Positions 22,635 to 31,237 are shown, counted from the first letter of the stretch. The stretch is DNA of 64,000 nucleotides from Aquiluna sp. (GCA_040402595.1 JBBAMI010000001.1:109629-173628), one strand, 5' to 3'. Program-made: numbers and translations. The notes: generated from the sequence alone by a model not told the origin.

Positions 22635-23126
22635 TTATGTCACCGGGTCGTTGTTTTTTTCAAGCTCCAGCAAGAGATTTTTCTTCGCCCTCGAAAGCCT
22701 TACGTTCACGGCATTGGTGCTAGCCCCGAGAGCTTTGGCTATCTGCTCTGGCTCGAGACCATCAAACGACCACATTGCTAAGACTTCTTGCTCCTTGACG
22801 GGTAGTTTGCGCCAGGCTTCTGCCAGTTCTAGGTCTGCAAGAGCAATGGATTCGGCAGATGGAGCCGCTACGGGCTCGGCTAAGGTCGCCAGAATAGAAG
22901 ATCTGCCGGTCTCTTTTCTTCGATGATTACTTATTAAGTAGCGGGCAGTTTTGTAAAGCCACGGCAGCTCAAAGTCTTTTGGGATGCTTGATCTCTTGGT
23001 CCAGGCAATCTCGAACAGGTCGGAGGCTATGTCATCGACCTGATCGGCTGGTAGTCGCCTACCTAAAAAGCGGCTGATCTCAGCAATGTGAGCCCTGAAT
23101 AGGGCTCCAAATTCTTCGGATGTCAT
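22635..23126 (-). CDS. ECF-type RNA polymerase sigma-70 family factor
   Basis: Region 2 (DIASDLFEIAWTKRSS...WLYKTARYLISNHRR) and region 4 HTH (IAKALGASTNAVNVRLSRAKKNL). I prefer ATG 23126, which has a GGGAG Shine-Dalgarno, over the ORF-track TTG 23138. Confidence 0.85.
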   Translation of the reverse strand: MTSEEFGALFRAHIAEISRFLGRRLPADQVDDIASDLFEIAWTKRSSIPKDFELPWLYKTARYLISNHRRKETGRSSILATLAEPVAAPSAESIALADLELAEAWRKLPVKEQEVLAMWSFDGLEPEQIAKALGASTNAVNVRLSRAKKNLLLELEKNNDPVT

Positions 23127-23168
23127 TTCATCTCCCAAATAGACAATGTAGCGGGAGCGGGAGTTTTT

Positions 23169-23732
23169 TCAGTCTTTTCGGAAACATCCAGGAGCGTGGT
23201 CAAAGATCATGCCGGTTGACTGCATCAGCGCATACATAGTGGTGGACCCAACAAAGCTGAACCCACGGCGTTTGAGCTCCTTACTCATGGCCTCAGATTC
23301 TTTACTTGTTGCCTGCCATTTGAATGCATTTCTGGGGGTTTGACGTTTTTTTGGCGCGAACGACCAGAGCAGTTCCCTCAGGTCGATGTCTTGTTCCTCA
23401 ACCACTCTGGCGTTGTTTATGGCTGAGTTGATCTTGGCCAGGTTTCTAATGATTCCCTCATCTTTCATCAGACGATTAACGTCGCGTTTGCCATAGTTGG
23501 CAATCTTGGCTGAATCAAAATTGTCAAAGGCTTTTCTAAATCCATCTCGCCTTTTCAAGATGGTTAGCCAGCTCAGACCGGCCTGAAAGCCCTCAAGGCA
23601 GATTCCCTCAAACAGATCTCGCTGCTTAGTGGTTATAGTTCCCCATTCTTTGTCGTGGTAGCGAATGTAGAGAGGATCTTCAGTCAGCCAGCTGCAGCGC
23701 CTAATTCCATCGGATAAGACCTTGCTACTCAT
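23169..23732 (-). CDS. tag: DNA-3-methyladenine glycosylase I
   Basis: 187 aa from ATG 23732 (MSSKVLSDGIRRCSWLTEDPLYIRYHDKEWG). ATGA overlap with the ogt stop. The longer ORF-track start at 23972 lies inside ogt. Confidence 0.9.
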   Translation of the reverse strand: MSSKVLSDGIRRCSWLTEDPLYIRYHDKEWGTITTKQRDLFEGICLEGFQAGLSWLTILKRRDGFRKAFDNFDSAKIANYGKRDVNRLMKDEGIIRNLAKINSAINNARVVEEQDIDLRELLWSFAPKKRQTPRNAFKWQATSKESEAMSKELKRRGFSFVGSTTMYALMQSTGMIFDHAPGCFRKD

Positions 23733-24223
23733 TTGTAAGAAATTCCTTCTAAGGCTAGAAGTTTCTTCTTTGTTGGAATGCCGCTTCCTCCGGAGTATCC
23801 CGTTAGTTTTCCCGTGCTTCCCATTACCCTGTGGCAGGGAATGATGATGGGAACCGGATTGGCTCCAACTGCACCTCCTACAGCTCTCGAAGCTGCAGGA
23901 TTTTTGATCGCCTTGGCAATTGTTCCGTAGCTCACACTTTTGCCAAAATCTATCTTTGCTATCTGCTGCCAAACCTGCAGTTGAAACCTTGTGCCAGACA
24001 GGTCGAGGGGAACGGAAAATCGCTGTCGTCGCGCGGCGAAGTAGTCTTCGATTTCCAGGCAGGCCAAATCGACGTGCTCCATGGCTTTCTTTGACTCGCT
24101 AAAGTCTCTCAGTTTGCTTCTTGAAGATAGGAAATCAATTGAACAGATTCCCTTCTCACTCGCTGCTATGGATAACAGTCCAATAGGTGAGCTAACTACT
24201 CGACGAGCTGCAATCTCATTCAT
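23729..24223 (-). CDS. ogt: Methylated-DNA--protein-cysteine methyltransferase
   Basis: 164 aa. Active-site motif IIPCHRVMGSTGKLTGY. Confidence 0.9.
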   Translation of the reverse strand: MNEIAARRVVSSPIGLLSIAASEKGICSIDFLSSRSKLRDFSESKKAMEHVDLACLEIEDYFAARRQRFSVPLDLSGTRFQLQVWQQIAKIDFGKSVSYGTIAKAIKNPAASRAVGGAVGANPVPIIIPCHRVMGSTGKLTGYSGGSGIPTKKKLLALEGISYK

Positions 24224-24318
24224 GAGATAAAACTACTGAAACATGGTCGTCTGACTGAGTTATCCACAGCTTTGTGCCTTCGGTGCTCAATACGGTCTTT
24301 TAGTCTGAGGATTACCGG

Positions 24319-25266
24319 ATGCAGCTCATCTTTTTTATGCCCACCTTTATCTATGGCCTGGCACTATCAATTGAGGGAGACTTTCTCCTTCTGATTATTT
24401 CTGCCGGTTCGGTATTGATTTGGCTCTTACCCAGCTTTTGGGAGTCCAGGGAAAAAGCGCCAGAGCAGATGTCCCCATCCTCTAAGTGGCCAACGCCAAT
24501 TTTGGGCAAGCTTGTTGCAACTGACGGATCCGAGCTCTTCTGGCCAACCTGCTCAGGGGTCGAGCTGGTTTCTATAGATCTGAATGGAGCTGATAGAGAA
24601 AACTTCTTCGGTTCCCTGGTGGCAGCCTGCCCTGAAGAGTTTTGGTTGATTGGGGGCGAGCTTGACTCAGCATTTATGCAGCAAGTCGATGCACATCAGC
24701 AACCTGAGCAACTTGTCCGTTTTGTGAGCGCTTTTAGAAAAAGGGCTGAGATACCCCTTCCACTGAATCTTGTGGTGATGGATTTGCAAGCTGCGTTTGG
24801 CCGAGATGAGTTTGCGGATTTATTCAGAAATGGCAAATTGTCGTATCGAGTGTTTTTCAGCAGTTCTGGCAAAAGTGCTTCAGGCTTAGAAGTCGAGCAG
24901 CAGCAAGGCGTCTTCAGAGTGTGGGGGAATTTAAGTGACAAACCAGTCGAGTTTTACTTTGCTGATTTATCTCTTTCCGGTGAGGAAACGAATCAGCGAG
25001 GTGATGAAAGATTGCCTTCCGGTGGAGCTTTCAATCACATCGGCCACGCGAGCGGCCAGCATGGCACCACGCGCAGCAATAAACCTAAGTGGATCGACTT
25101 CCCAGCGAGGCGAGCGGTGGTTGACGAAGGCCAACGAGGTAAGGCTGGAACTTTTTCCAAGAATCAAATCGGCCATGGTTCTTCCAGCCAGGTTGGAGGT
25201 TCCGACCCCATCACCGACATATCCGCCCGCCTGGCCAATCTTGGTCACCGGATTAAGCCTGACTGA
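24319..25266 (+). CDS. Orphan membrane-anchored hypothetical protein; the 3' third is of doubtful coding status
   Basis: ATG with a GAGGA Shine-Dalgarno 7 nt upstream. N-terminal hydrophobic helices are followed by a globular-looking ~180 aa. From 24967 onward the frame runs antisense through the FAD-oxidoreductase gene, and the peptide becomes G/S/R-rich. Confidence 0.4.
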   Translation: MQLIFFMPTFIYGLALSIEGDFLLLIISAGSVLIWLLPSFWESREKAPEQMSPSSKWPTPILGKLVATDGSELFWPTCSGVELVSIDLNGADRENFFGSLVAACPEEFWLIGGELDSAFMQQVDAHQQPEQLVRFVSAFRKRAEIPLPLNLVVMDLQAAFGRDEFADLFRNGKLSYRVFFSSSGKSASGLEVEQQQGVFRVWGNLSDKPVEFYFADLSLSGEETNQRGDERLPSGGAFNHIGHASGQHGTTRSNKPKWIDFPARRAVVDEGQRGKAGTFSKNQIGHGSSSQVGGSDPITDISARLANLGHRIKPD

Positions 25267-26349
25267 AGCCATCCAGTCTCTAGCGACACCGAGTGCTCCG
25301 CCCCACCGGTGAGTTACCCTCGCTTGGCTTAGCTGCGGAAAGAGCTCCTTAAGTTCTCGCTCAAGGTATTCGTGAATCTTTTCGACTATGTCGTACTCGG
25401 CCTTTATGGAGGATCCAAAGTGATACGGGGCACCTCGGCCACCAAAAGCTATCCGATTATCCTTAGTTCTCTGCCCGTAGATGATTAGGTTCCTGAAATC
25501 GGCAAAGGTGATTCCCTCAACTAAACCAATTTCGTCGAGCAAGGTGGCGTCAATTGGTTCGGTCACAATCATCAGCGAGTAGAGGGGCAAGAAATCACGT
25601 TTTCTCCTTGGGAGTAGTGGTCGGTACCCTTCCAGAGCATCGACTATGTATTCGGCATGGAAATCGCCCCTAGTTGTATTTACTATCCCGGCTGAGAAAT
25701 CAAGAACTTCAGTTTTTTCGAAAATCGTTGCGCCAAGTTCCTCCACCTTGCGGGCAAGTCCTCTTGCTAGTTTTGCCGGCTGGATACTTGCGCAGGAGGG
25801 GTCAAACACTCCGGTCACTGCTCCAAGTGCCTTCGGCAAAAGCTTTTTTTCCACGAATCGAAGCTGATCAACTCCAAATTCAGCTGCTTGATTGACTTCA
25901 GCTTCGGCGCGCTTCAGTTGCGCATTGTTTCGAACCAGATTTACGGTGCCGGATTTTTTGTAATCACAGTCAATGCCTAGCTCATTGGTTATCGACCCGA
26001 CCTCATCAACGGTTTGAATCATGGCCTGGCGAATGGCTACGGCCTGCTCTTTTCCATAGCGCTGGGAAATGAGTTCAGCTGACCAAGGAAACAAGGCGGA
26101 ACACCAACCGCCGTTTCGGCCAGACGCTCCGAACCCTGCAATTTCTTTTTCGATTATGGCAATTTTGATTTCTGGTTTTTGCCTAAGCAGATACAGCGCT
26201 GTCCAAAGACCGGTGTATCCGGCCCCAAGAATCAAAACATCATAGTTTCGACCAGAGGCAACTGGACTGGGGGATAGTGACTCTTGAAGCGAATCGTGCC
26301 AAAAACTCAGCGATCGATAGGAAGAATCTAGGCGTTCAGTTTCTTCCAT
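24967..26349 (-). CDS. FAD-dependent oxidoreductase (DAO family, gamma-glutamylputrescine oxidase/OrdL-like)
   Basis: 460 aa. Dinucleotide fold YDVLILGAGYTGLWTA. Its start overlaps the 3' end of the aminotransferase gene by 22 nt. Confidence 0.85.
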   Translation of the reverse strand: MEETERLDSSYRSLSFWHDSLQESLSPSPVASGRNYDVLILGAGYTGLWTALYLLRQKPEIKIAIIEKEIAGFGASGRNGGWCSALFPWSAELISQRYGKEQAVAIRQAMIQTVDEVGSITNELGIDCDYKKSGTVNLVRNNAQLKRAEAEVNQAAEFGVDQLRFVEKKLLPKALGAVTGVFDPSCASIQPAKLARGLARKVEELGATIFEKTEVLDFSAGIVNTTRGDFHAEYIVDALEGYRPLLPRRKRDFLPLYSLMIVTEPIDATLLDEIGLVEGITFADFRNLIIYGQRTKDNRIAFGGRGAPYHFGSSIKAEYDIVEKIHEYLERELKELFPQLSQARVTHRWGGALGVARDWMASVRLNPVTKIGQAGGYVGDGVGTSNLAGRTMADLILGKSSSLTSLAFVNHRSPRWEVDPLRFIAARGAMLAARVADVIESSTGRQSFITSLIRFLTGKR

Positions 26350-27818
26350 GCCTCGGTCAGCACCTTGCGCAGGATGGCCTCAATTTCATCGAACTCTTTT
26401 GGCCCGGCAGTAAGTGGCGGAGCGAGCTGGACAACGGAATCGCCTCGATCATCTGCGCGGCAGTAAAGCCCAGCATCGAGCAGGGCATTATTCAAAAAGC
26501 CGCGCAGAAGTTTCTCAGACTCTTCTCTGGTCAGCTGCTGCTTTGTCTTCTGGTCCTTAACCAGCTCGATGGCAAAGAAGTAGCCATCGCCTCTGACGTC
26601 ACCAACGATTGGCAGGTCATAAAGCTTCTCGAGTGTCTTCTTGAATACTGGCGAGTTGGTCCTGACGTTATCTACCAGCCCCTCACGCTCAAAGATTTGC
26701 AAATTAGCTAGGGCAACAGCGCAAGCAACCGGGTGACCTGCGAAGGTGTAGCCGTGAGAGAAGGTTGTTGTTCCTTGGCTGAATGGCTCGAAGTACTTCT
26801 CTTTTATGAACAGGGCACCCAGAGGCTGAGCTCCCGAGGTGATTGCCTTGGCGGTAATCATCATGTCTGGCTGGATGTCATAGCGAATTGATCCAAACCA
26901 TTCGCCTGAGCGTCCATAGCCGGTAATCGTTTCATCAGCTACCAGCACTACGTCGTACTTGGTGCAGATTTCTCTTACGCGCTTGTAGTAGCTCGGTGGA
27001 GCGGTGAAGCAACCACCAGCATTCTGGATTGGCTCAATGAAGAATGCTGCAACGGTGTCAGGTCCTTCAAACAGGATTGCTTCTTCGAGGCGATTGGCAC
27101 ACCAGATACCAAACTCATCCTCGCTCTTGAATTCTTCAGGTGCGCGGTAGTAGTTGTTGCTGGGAACACGAAACGCCGATGGGACCAGGGGCTCAAATAC
27201 CTGCTTGAAGTTTGGAAGTCCAGTGATCGAAAGTGCACCGTGGCTAGTTCCGTGATAGGAGGTCATTCTTGAGATGACCTTGTGCTTCATTGGTTTACCG
27301 ATGAGTTTGTAGTACTGCTTGGCAAGTTTCCAAGCTGTTTCAACTCCCTCAGTGCCGCCAGTTGTGAAAAAGATTCTGGTCATGCCGGCAGGGCCAATAG
27401 ATAAAAGTTTTTCTGTCAGCTCAATGGCTCTTGGGTGGTTGAAAGACCACAGCGGCATGAAGTCAAGTTCCATCATCTGCTTCTGCGCAGCGTCAGCTAG
27501 CTCCTGTCTGGCGTGACCGGCATTGCAGGTGTAAAGGCCCGAGAGGGCATCAATCAGGCGATTGCCCTTTGAGTCATATAAGTAGTGACCTTCACCTCTA
27601 ACGATGATTCGCATGTCTGAGCTATTGAAGGGGGAGTGACGGGTGAAATGTAGCCAGGTGTGTTCTTTTCCAGACTTCTGCCATTCCTTGTCACCGATTG
27701 GCTGACCTGTCTCCATGGCATCGAGCAGTTCAAGCTCAGAGGATGTGCCCTTCTTCTTCAGGGGGCTCAGAAGCTTGCTGAGAATGCTGGTCTTGTTACT
27801 GTCCTGAGATATCGCCAT
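26328..27818 (-). CDS. Class III (omega) aminotransferase, putrescine/beta-alanine--pyruvate type
   Basis: 496 aa. Motifs FFTTGGTEGVETAWK, LVADETITGYGRSG and ITAKAITSG (PLP lysine). Confidence 0.9.
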   Translation of the reverse strand: MAISQDSNKTSILSKLLSPLKKKGTSSELELLDAMETGQPIGDKEWQKSGKEHTWLHFTRHSPFNSSDMRIIVRGEGHYLYDSKGNRLIDALSGLYTCNAGHARQELADAAQKQMMELDFMPLWSFNHPRAIELTEKLLSIGPAGMTRIFFTTGGTEGVETAWKLAKQYYKLIGKPMKHKVISRMTSYHGTSHGALSITGLPNFKQVFEPLVPSAFRVPSNNYYRAPEEFKSEDEFGIWCANRLEEAILFEGPDTVAAFFIEPIQNAGGCFTAPPSYYKRVREICTKYDVVLVADETITGYGRSGEWFGSIRYDIQPDMMITAKAITSGAQPLGALFIKEKYFEPFSQGTTTFSHGYTFAGHPVACAVALANLQIFEREGLVDNVRTNSPVFKKTLEKLYDLPIVGDVRGDGYFFAIELVKDQKTKQQLTREESEKLLRGFLNNALLDAGLYCRADDRGDSVVQLAPPLTAGPKEFDEIEAILRKVLTEAWKKLNA

Positions 27819-27834
27819 CGATTATCACTACCTT

Positions 27835-28308
27835 CTACCTGGTTCCCCAGTTATAAAACTGCTTGTGCAATCGAAGATATACAAAGGTCTCTGAGCTAAC
27901 GACGCCCGGGAGAGCCCTCACCTTTTCATTCAACAGCGCAATCAGTTGATCATCGTCCTCACAGACGACTTCAGCCATCACATCAAAACTACCAGCTGTC
28001 AGAACCACATAATCGACTGAGGGGATGCGTGCCAAAGCTTCAGCCACCGCGGTCACATCACCCACGCACTTCACGCCGATCATGGCCTGACGGGAAAAGC
28101 CCAGCTTGAGCGGATCGGTGACGGCGACAATCTGCATGACACCTGATTCGGTGAGTTTTTGGACCCGCTGCCTGACCGCAGCCTCAGAAAGCCCAACCAC
28201 CTTGCCGATTTCGGCATAGGACTTTCGACCATCTTTCTGCAGCTGCTCAATGATCAGCTTGGAAACCTCATCTAGGTGAGATTGGCGGGTTCTGCTCATT
28301 CTGGACAT
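27835..28308 (-). CDS. Lrp/AsnC family transcriptional regulator
   Basis: 157 aa. HTH SYAEIGKVVGLSEAAVRQRVQKL followed by a C-terminal RAM/AsnC_trans_reg domain. Confidence 0.9.
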   Translation of the reverse strand: MSRMSRTRQSHLDEVSKLIIEQLQKDGRKSYAEIGKVVGLSEAAVRQRVQKLTESGVMQIVAVTDPLKLGFSRQAMIGVKCVGDVTAVAEALARIPSVDYVVLTAGSFDVMAEVVCEDDDQLIALLNEKVRALPGVVSSETFVYLRLHKQFYNWGTR

Positions 28309-28457
28309 GTCCCGAGTATCACAGGAAAAGCTGCCAACTAACAGGAAATTCGTAGTTTTTTTACAAATAAGTCACGAAATCAACAATTTTTTTGATTTTT
28401 TCTTTCGAGATAATCGATGGGGGTAGCATTTCCCTGAAATCTCAACGAGGAGTAATC
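28309..28457. promoter_or_regulatory. Divergent AT-rich control region between the Lrp/AsnC regulator and the aldehyde dehydrogenase
   Basis: 149-nt spacer, much more AT-rich than its surroundings. It contains the inverted repeat AAATCAA-N8-TTGATTT (28377-28398). Confidence 0.4.
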
Positions 28458-29891
28458 GTGGCCAAGAAGCTGCAAAATTTCGTGGGCGGAAAGCAAGTTT
28501 CGCCAGCATCAGACAAGTACAGCGATGTCATCAACCCGTCAACCGAAGAGGTTTACGCTCACGCTCCTATCTCTGGAGCTGAGGATGTTCAGAATGCATT
28601 CCAAGTTGCCCACGAGGCATTTAAGGAGTGGAGCCAAACAACTCCCAGCGAGCGCCAGCTAGCACTTTTCAGAATTGCTGATGAACTAGAAAAGCGAGCT
28701 GGAGAAGCAGCTGACCTTGAGAGCGAGAACACAGGAAAGCCACGCGCAACGCTTGTTGACTTTGAGATGGTTCCATCTGTTGATCAGATCAGATTCTTTG
28801 CAGGTGCTGCTCGTAATCTTGAGGGTCGTGCAACTGCTGAATATGCCAAGGACCACACCTCTTCTATTCGTCGTGAACCAATTGGTGTAATCGGCCAGGT
28901 GACGCCGTGGAACTATCCGCTTAACATGGCAGTTTGGAAGTTCGCACCTGCGATTGCGGCTGGTAACACAATCGTCTTGAAGCCCTCTGACACCACGCCT
29001 GTTTCGACACTGCTGCTTGCAGAAATTGCCAACAAGTTCTTGCCACCAGGAGTAATGAACGTCATCACTGGTGATCGCGACACAGGACGCATGATGGTTG
29101 AAAACAAGATTCCACAAATGGTTTCAATCACCGGATCAGTTCGTGCAGGTATGGAAGTTGCCAAGACGGCAGCGCTAGATTTAAAGAGAGTTCATCTCGA
29201 ACTAGGTGGCAAGGCTCCTGTAATCGTCTTCGCTGACGCCGACATGGAAAAGGCGGCTGCTGGTATTGTCGCCGCTGGTTTCTTCAACGCAGGTCAAGAC
29301 TGCACAGCTGCTACTCGTCTTCTTGTTGAGGACAAGGGCTATGACCAGTTCATGGCTGCGCTACTGGCAGAAGTTAAGGCTTCGGCTAAGGTCGGAAAAC
29401 CATCTGACGCAGACATTTTGTTTGGTCCCGTAAACAATTCGAACCAGCTTGCTCGCGTCAAAGGCTTCATCGACAGGGTCCCCTCACACGCCAAGATTGA
29501 AACTGGTGGCAACCAGCTCAGCGGCAAGGGCTACTTCCTCGAGCCAACTGTTATCTCTGGCTTGAAGCAGCAGGACGAGCACATCCAGGATGAGATCTTC
29601 GGTCCTGTCCTAACTGTCCAGCGCTTCTCGGGTGACGAGCAGGCTCTGCAGTGGGCTAATGACGTCAAGTACGGACTAGCCTCTTCGGTCTGGACCAACA
29701 ACCACAAGCGCGCCATGCGCTTCGCCAAGTTCCTCGACTTCGGGGCTGTCTGGATCAACACCCACATCCCGCTGGCTGCTGAGATGCCCCACGGAGGCTT
29801 CAAGCACTCGGGCTACGGCAAGGACCTCTCGGCCTACGGCTTCGACGACTACACCCGCATCAAGCACGTGATGCACTACATCGGAGACTAG
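28458..29891 (+). CDS. NAD(P)-dependent aldehyde dehydrogenase (aminobutyraldehyde dehydrogenase-like)
   Basis: GTG 28458 is preceded by a GAGGAG Shine-Dalgarno (MAKKLQNFVGGKQV). Catalytic motifs ELGGKAP and GQDCTAA. The ORF-track start at 28392 lies in AT-rich promoter DNA. Confidence 0.9.
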   Translation: MAKKLQNFVGGKQVSPASDKYSDVINPSTEEVYAHAPISGAEDVQNAFQVAHEAFKEWSQTTPSERQLALFRIADELEKRAGEAADLESENTGKPRATLVDFEMVPSVDQIRFFAGAARNLEGRATAEYAKDHTSSIRREPIGVIGQVTPWNYPLNMAVWKFAPAIAAGNTIVLKPSDTTPVSTLLLAEIANKFLPPGVMNVITGDRDTGRMMVENKIPQMVSITGSVRAGMEVAKTAALDLKRVHLELGGKAPVIVFADADMEKAAAGIVAAGFFNAGQDCTAATRLLVEDKGYDQFMAALLAEVKASAKVGKPSDADILFGPVNNSNQLARVKGFIDRVPSHAKIETGGNQLSGKGYFLEPTVISGLKQQDEHIQDEIFGPVLTVQRFSGDEQALQWANDVKYGLASSVWTNNHKRAMRFAKFLDFGAVWINTHIPLAAEMPHGGFKHSGYGKDLSAYGFDDYTRIKHVMHYIGD

Positions 29892-29896
29892 GAAAA

Positions 29897-29980
29897 AACT
29901 TTTCCCTCAAGGTCGCCCTGGGGGCCTTGAGTGTGTCAAACTTTTCCTACTTTGGTGCCAGGGCGCCCTAGGGGACAAGG
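29897..29980 (+). repeat. Imperfect tandem duplication (~41-nt units) in the aldehyde dehydrogenase-to-binding protein spacer
   Basis: Unit 1 is AACTTTTCCCTCAAGGTCGCCCTGGGGGCC... and unit 2 is AACTTTTCCTACTTTGGTGCCAGGGCGCCCTAGGGGAC. Unit 1 holds the hairpin CTCAAGG...CCTTGAG (29906-29931). Unit 2 holds the perfect 10-bp palindrome AGGGCGCCCT (29960-29969). Confidence 0.45.
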
Positions 29981-29992
29981 AGATAACTACTT

Positions 29993-31237
29993 ATGAAGCG
30001 TGAGCTACCCAACGATCCAATGCTCAGAGAGCTAATTGACCTAGCTCGGAAAACACAGATCTCCCGCCGTGCGGCACTTGCCGGTGTTGGTGGAACTGCA
30101 GCTGCACTCACTCTCGCATCTTGCTCAACTGCAGAAGAGAGTTTGACTCCAGCGGTTGATGTTTCTGATTCTGAGCCTGTTTTGGTTTGGCACAACTGGC
30201 CCGCATACATGGATGAGGATGACGAGGGTAACTACCCAACTCTTCTTCGCTTCCAAGAGCAATCTGGAATTACCGTTGACTACAAGATTGAAATTGATGA
30301 CAACGACACCTGGTATGCAAAGGTCAAGGATCAACTTGAGCTAGGTCAGGACATCGGTGCTGACGTTGCCTGCCCAACCGGTTGGATGGCACAGCGACTA
30401 CTAAATCTTGGATACCTTCAGAAGTACGACGATGCCAACATGCCAAACAAGGTTGCGAACCTCGCACCAAGTTACCTCGGTGCTCCAGAAGATCCAGACC
30501 GCACTTACGTAATCCCTTGGCAAGCAGGTTTTGCAGGTATTGGTTACAACAAGCAGGCATATAAAGATGCAACTGGCAAAGATGCTCCTGGTTCAATGGC
30601 AGATCTTTGGGCTGCAGAAATAAAGGGAAGAGTCGGTCTGCTATCCGAGATGCGCGATAGCGTCGGTCTGGTTTTGATGAGCCAGGGAATCGACATAACC
30701 TCCGCTGACAGCTTGAACGAAGATGCGTTCATGGCTGCCATTGAATTCGTGAAGCAGCAGATTGATGGCGGACAGATCTACAACGTCCGCGGAAACAGCT
30801 ACCTGGATGACCTCGCTACCGGCAACATCATTGCTGCCACTGCATGGAGCGGTGACATCACTGTAATCAACGCCGAGCAGGGCACTGAGGACAACCCAGA
30901 ACCATATGGCTTTGTCTTCCCTGACTCTGGAGTAACCCTCTGGGCAGACTGGTTTGTCACCCCTATGGGAGCAACCCACAAGAAGAACGTTGAGAAGCTA
31001 ATCAACTACTACTACGACCCAGTCAATGCAGCAGAGCTTGCTCTCTGGGTGAACTACATCACACCGGTAGTTGGTGCTCAGGATGTAGCAGCCAGCATTG
31101 ATCCGGCGCTCGCCGAGAACCAGTTGATCTTCCCTAACGCCGACACCTTGGCAAAGAGCAAGGCTTTCCGAGCACTATCTGGACAAGAGGAGCAGCGCTT
31201 TTCTTCTGCATGGCAGAACCTGCTGCTCGGCGCTTAG
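29993..31237 (+). CDS. Spermidine/putrescine ABC transporter substrate-binding lipoprotein (PotD/PotF family)
   Basis: 414 aa. Twin-arginine-like SRRAALAG plus lipobox LASC, then a PotD-like body (WHNWPAYMD, WSGD). Confidence 0.85.
   Translation: MKRELPNDPMLRELIDLARKTQISRRAALAGVGGTAAALTLASCSTAEESLTPAVDVSDSEPVLVWHNWPAYMDEDDEGNYPTLLRFQEQSGITVDYKIEIDDNDTWYAKVKDQLELGQDIGADVACPTGWMAQRLLNLGYLQKYDDANMPNKVANLAPSYLGAPEDPDRTYVIPWQAGFAGIGYNKQAYKDATGKDAPGSMADLWAAEIKGRVGLLSEMRDSVGLVLMSQGIDITSADSLNEDAFMAAIEFVKQQIDGGQIYNVRGNSYLDDLATGNIIAATAWSGDITVINAEQGTEDNPEPYGFVFPDSGVTLWADWFVTPMGATHKKNVEKLINYYYDPVNAAELALWVNYITPVVGAQDVAASIDPALAENQLIFPNADTLAKSKAFRALSGQEEQRFSSAWQNLLLGA

Noticed and set aside
23733-23972. 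ORF-track N-terminal extensions of tag (to 23972), thyX (58321), the M16 peptidase (54846), the ALDH (28392), pstA (46146) and the PstS-like gene (49157)
   Set aside because: Each extension overlaps a well-supported upstream gene or promoter DNA and encodes an atypical peptide. An internal start with a Shine-Dalgarno or stop-start overlap gives the canonical family N-terminus.
24260-24268. Perfect DnaA-box consensus TTATCCACA in the ogt / orphan-ORF spacer
   Set aside because: It is a single copy only. A given 9-mer is expected about 0.5 times by chance in 64 kb on two strands (128,000 / 262,144, assuming equal base frequencies). There is no cluster of boxes, AT-rich unwinding element or dnaA/dnaN context.
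24935-25312. 125-aa plus-strand ORF antisense to the 3' end of the FAD oxidoreductase
   Set aside because: It is a second open antisense frame in the same segment, which shows that the oxidoreductase codon usage leaves antisense frames open by chance. It has no start context.
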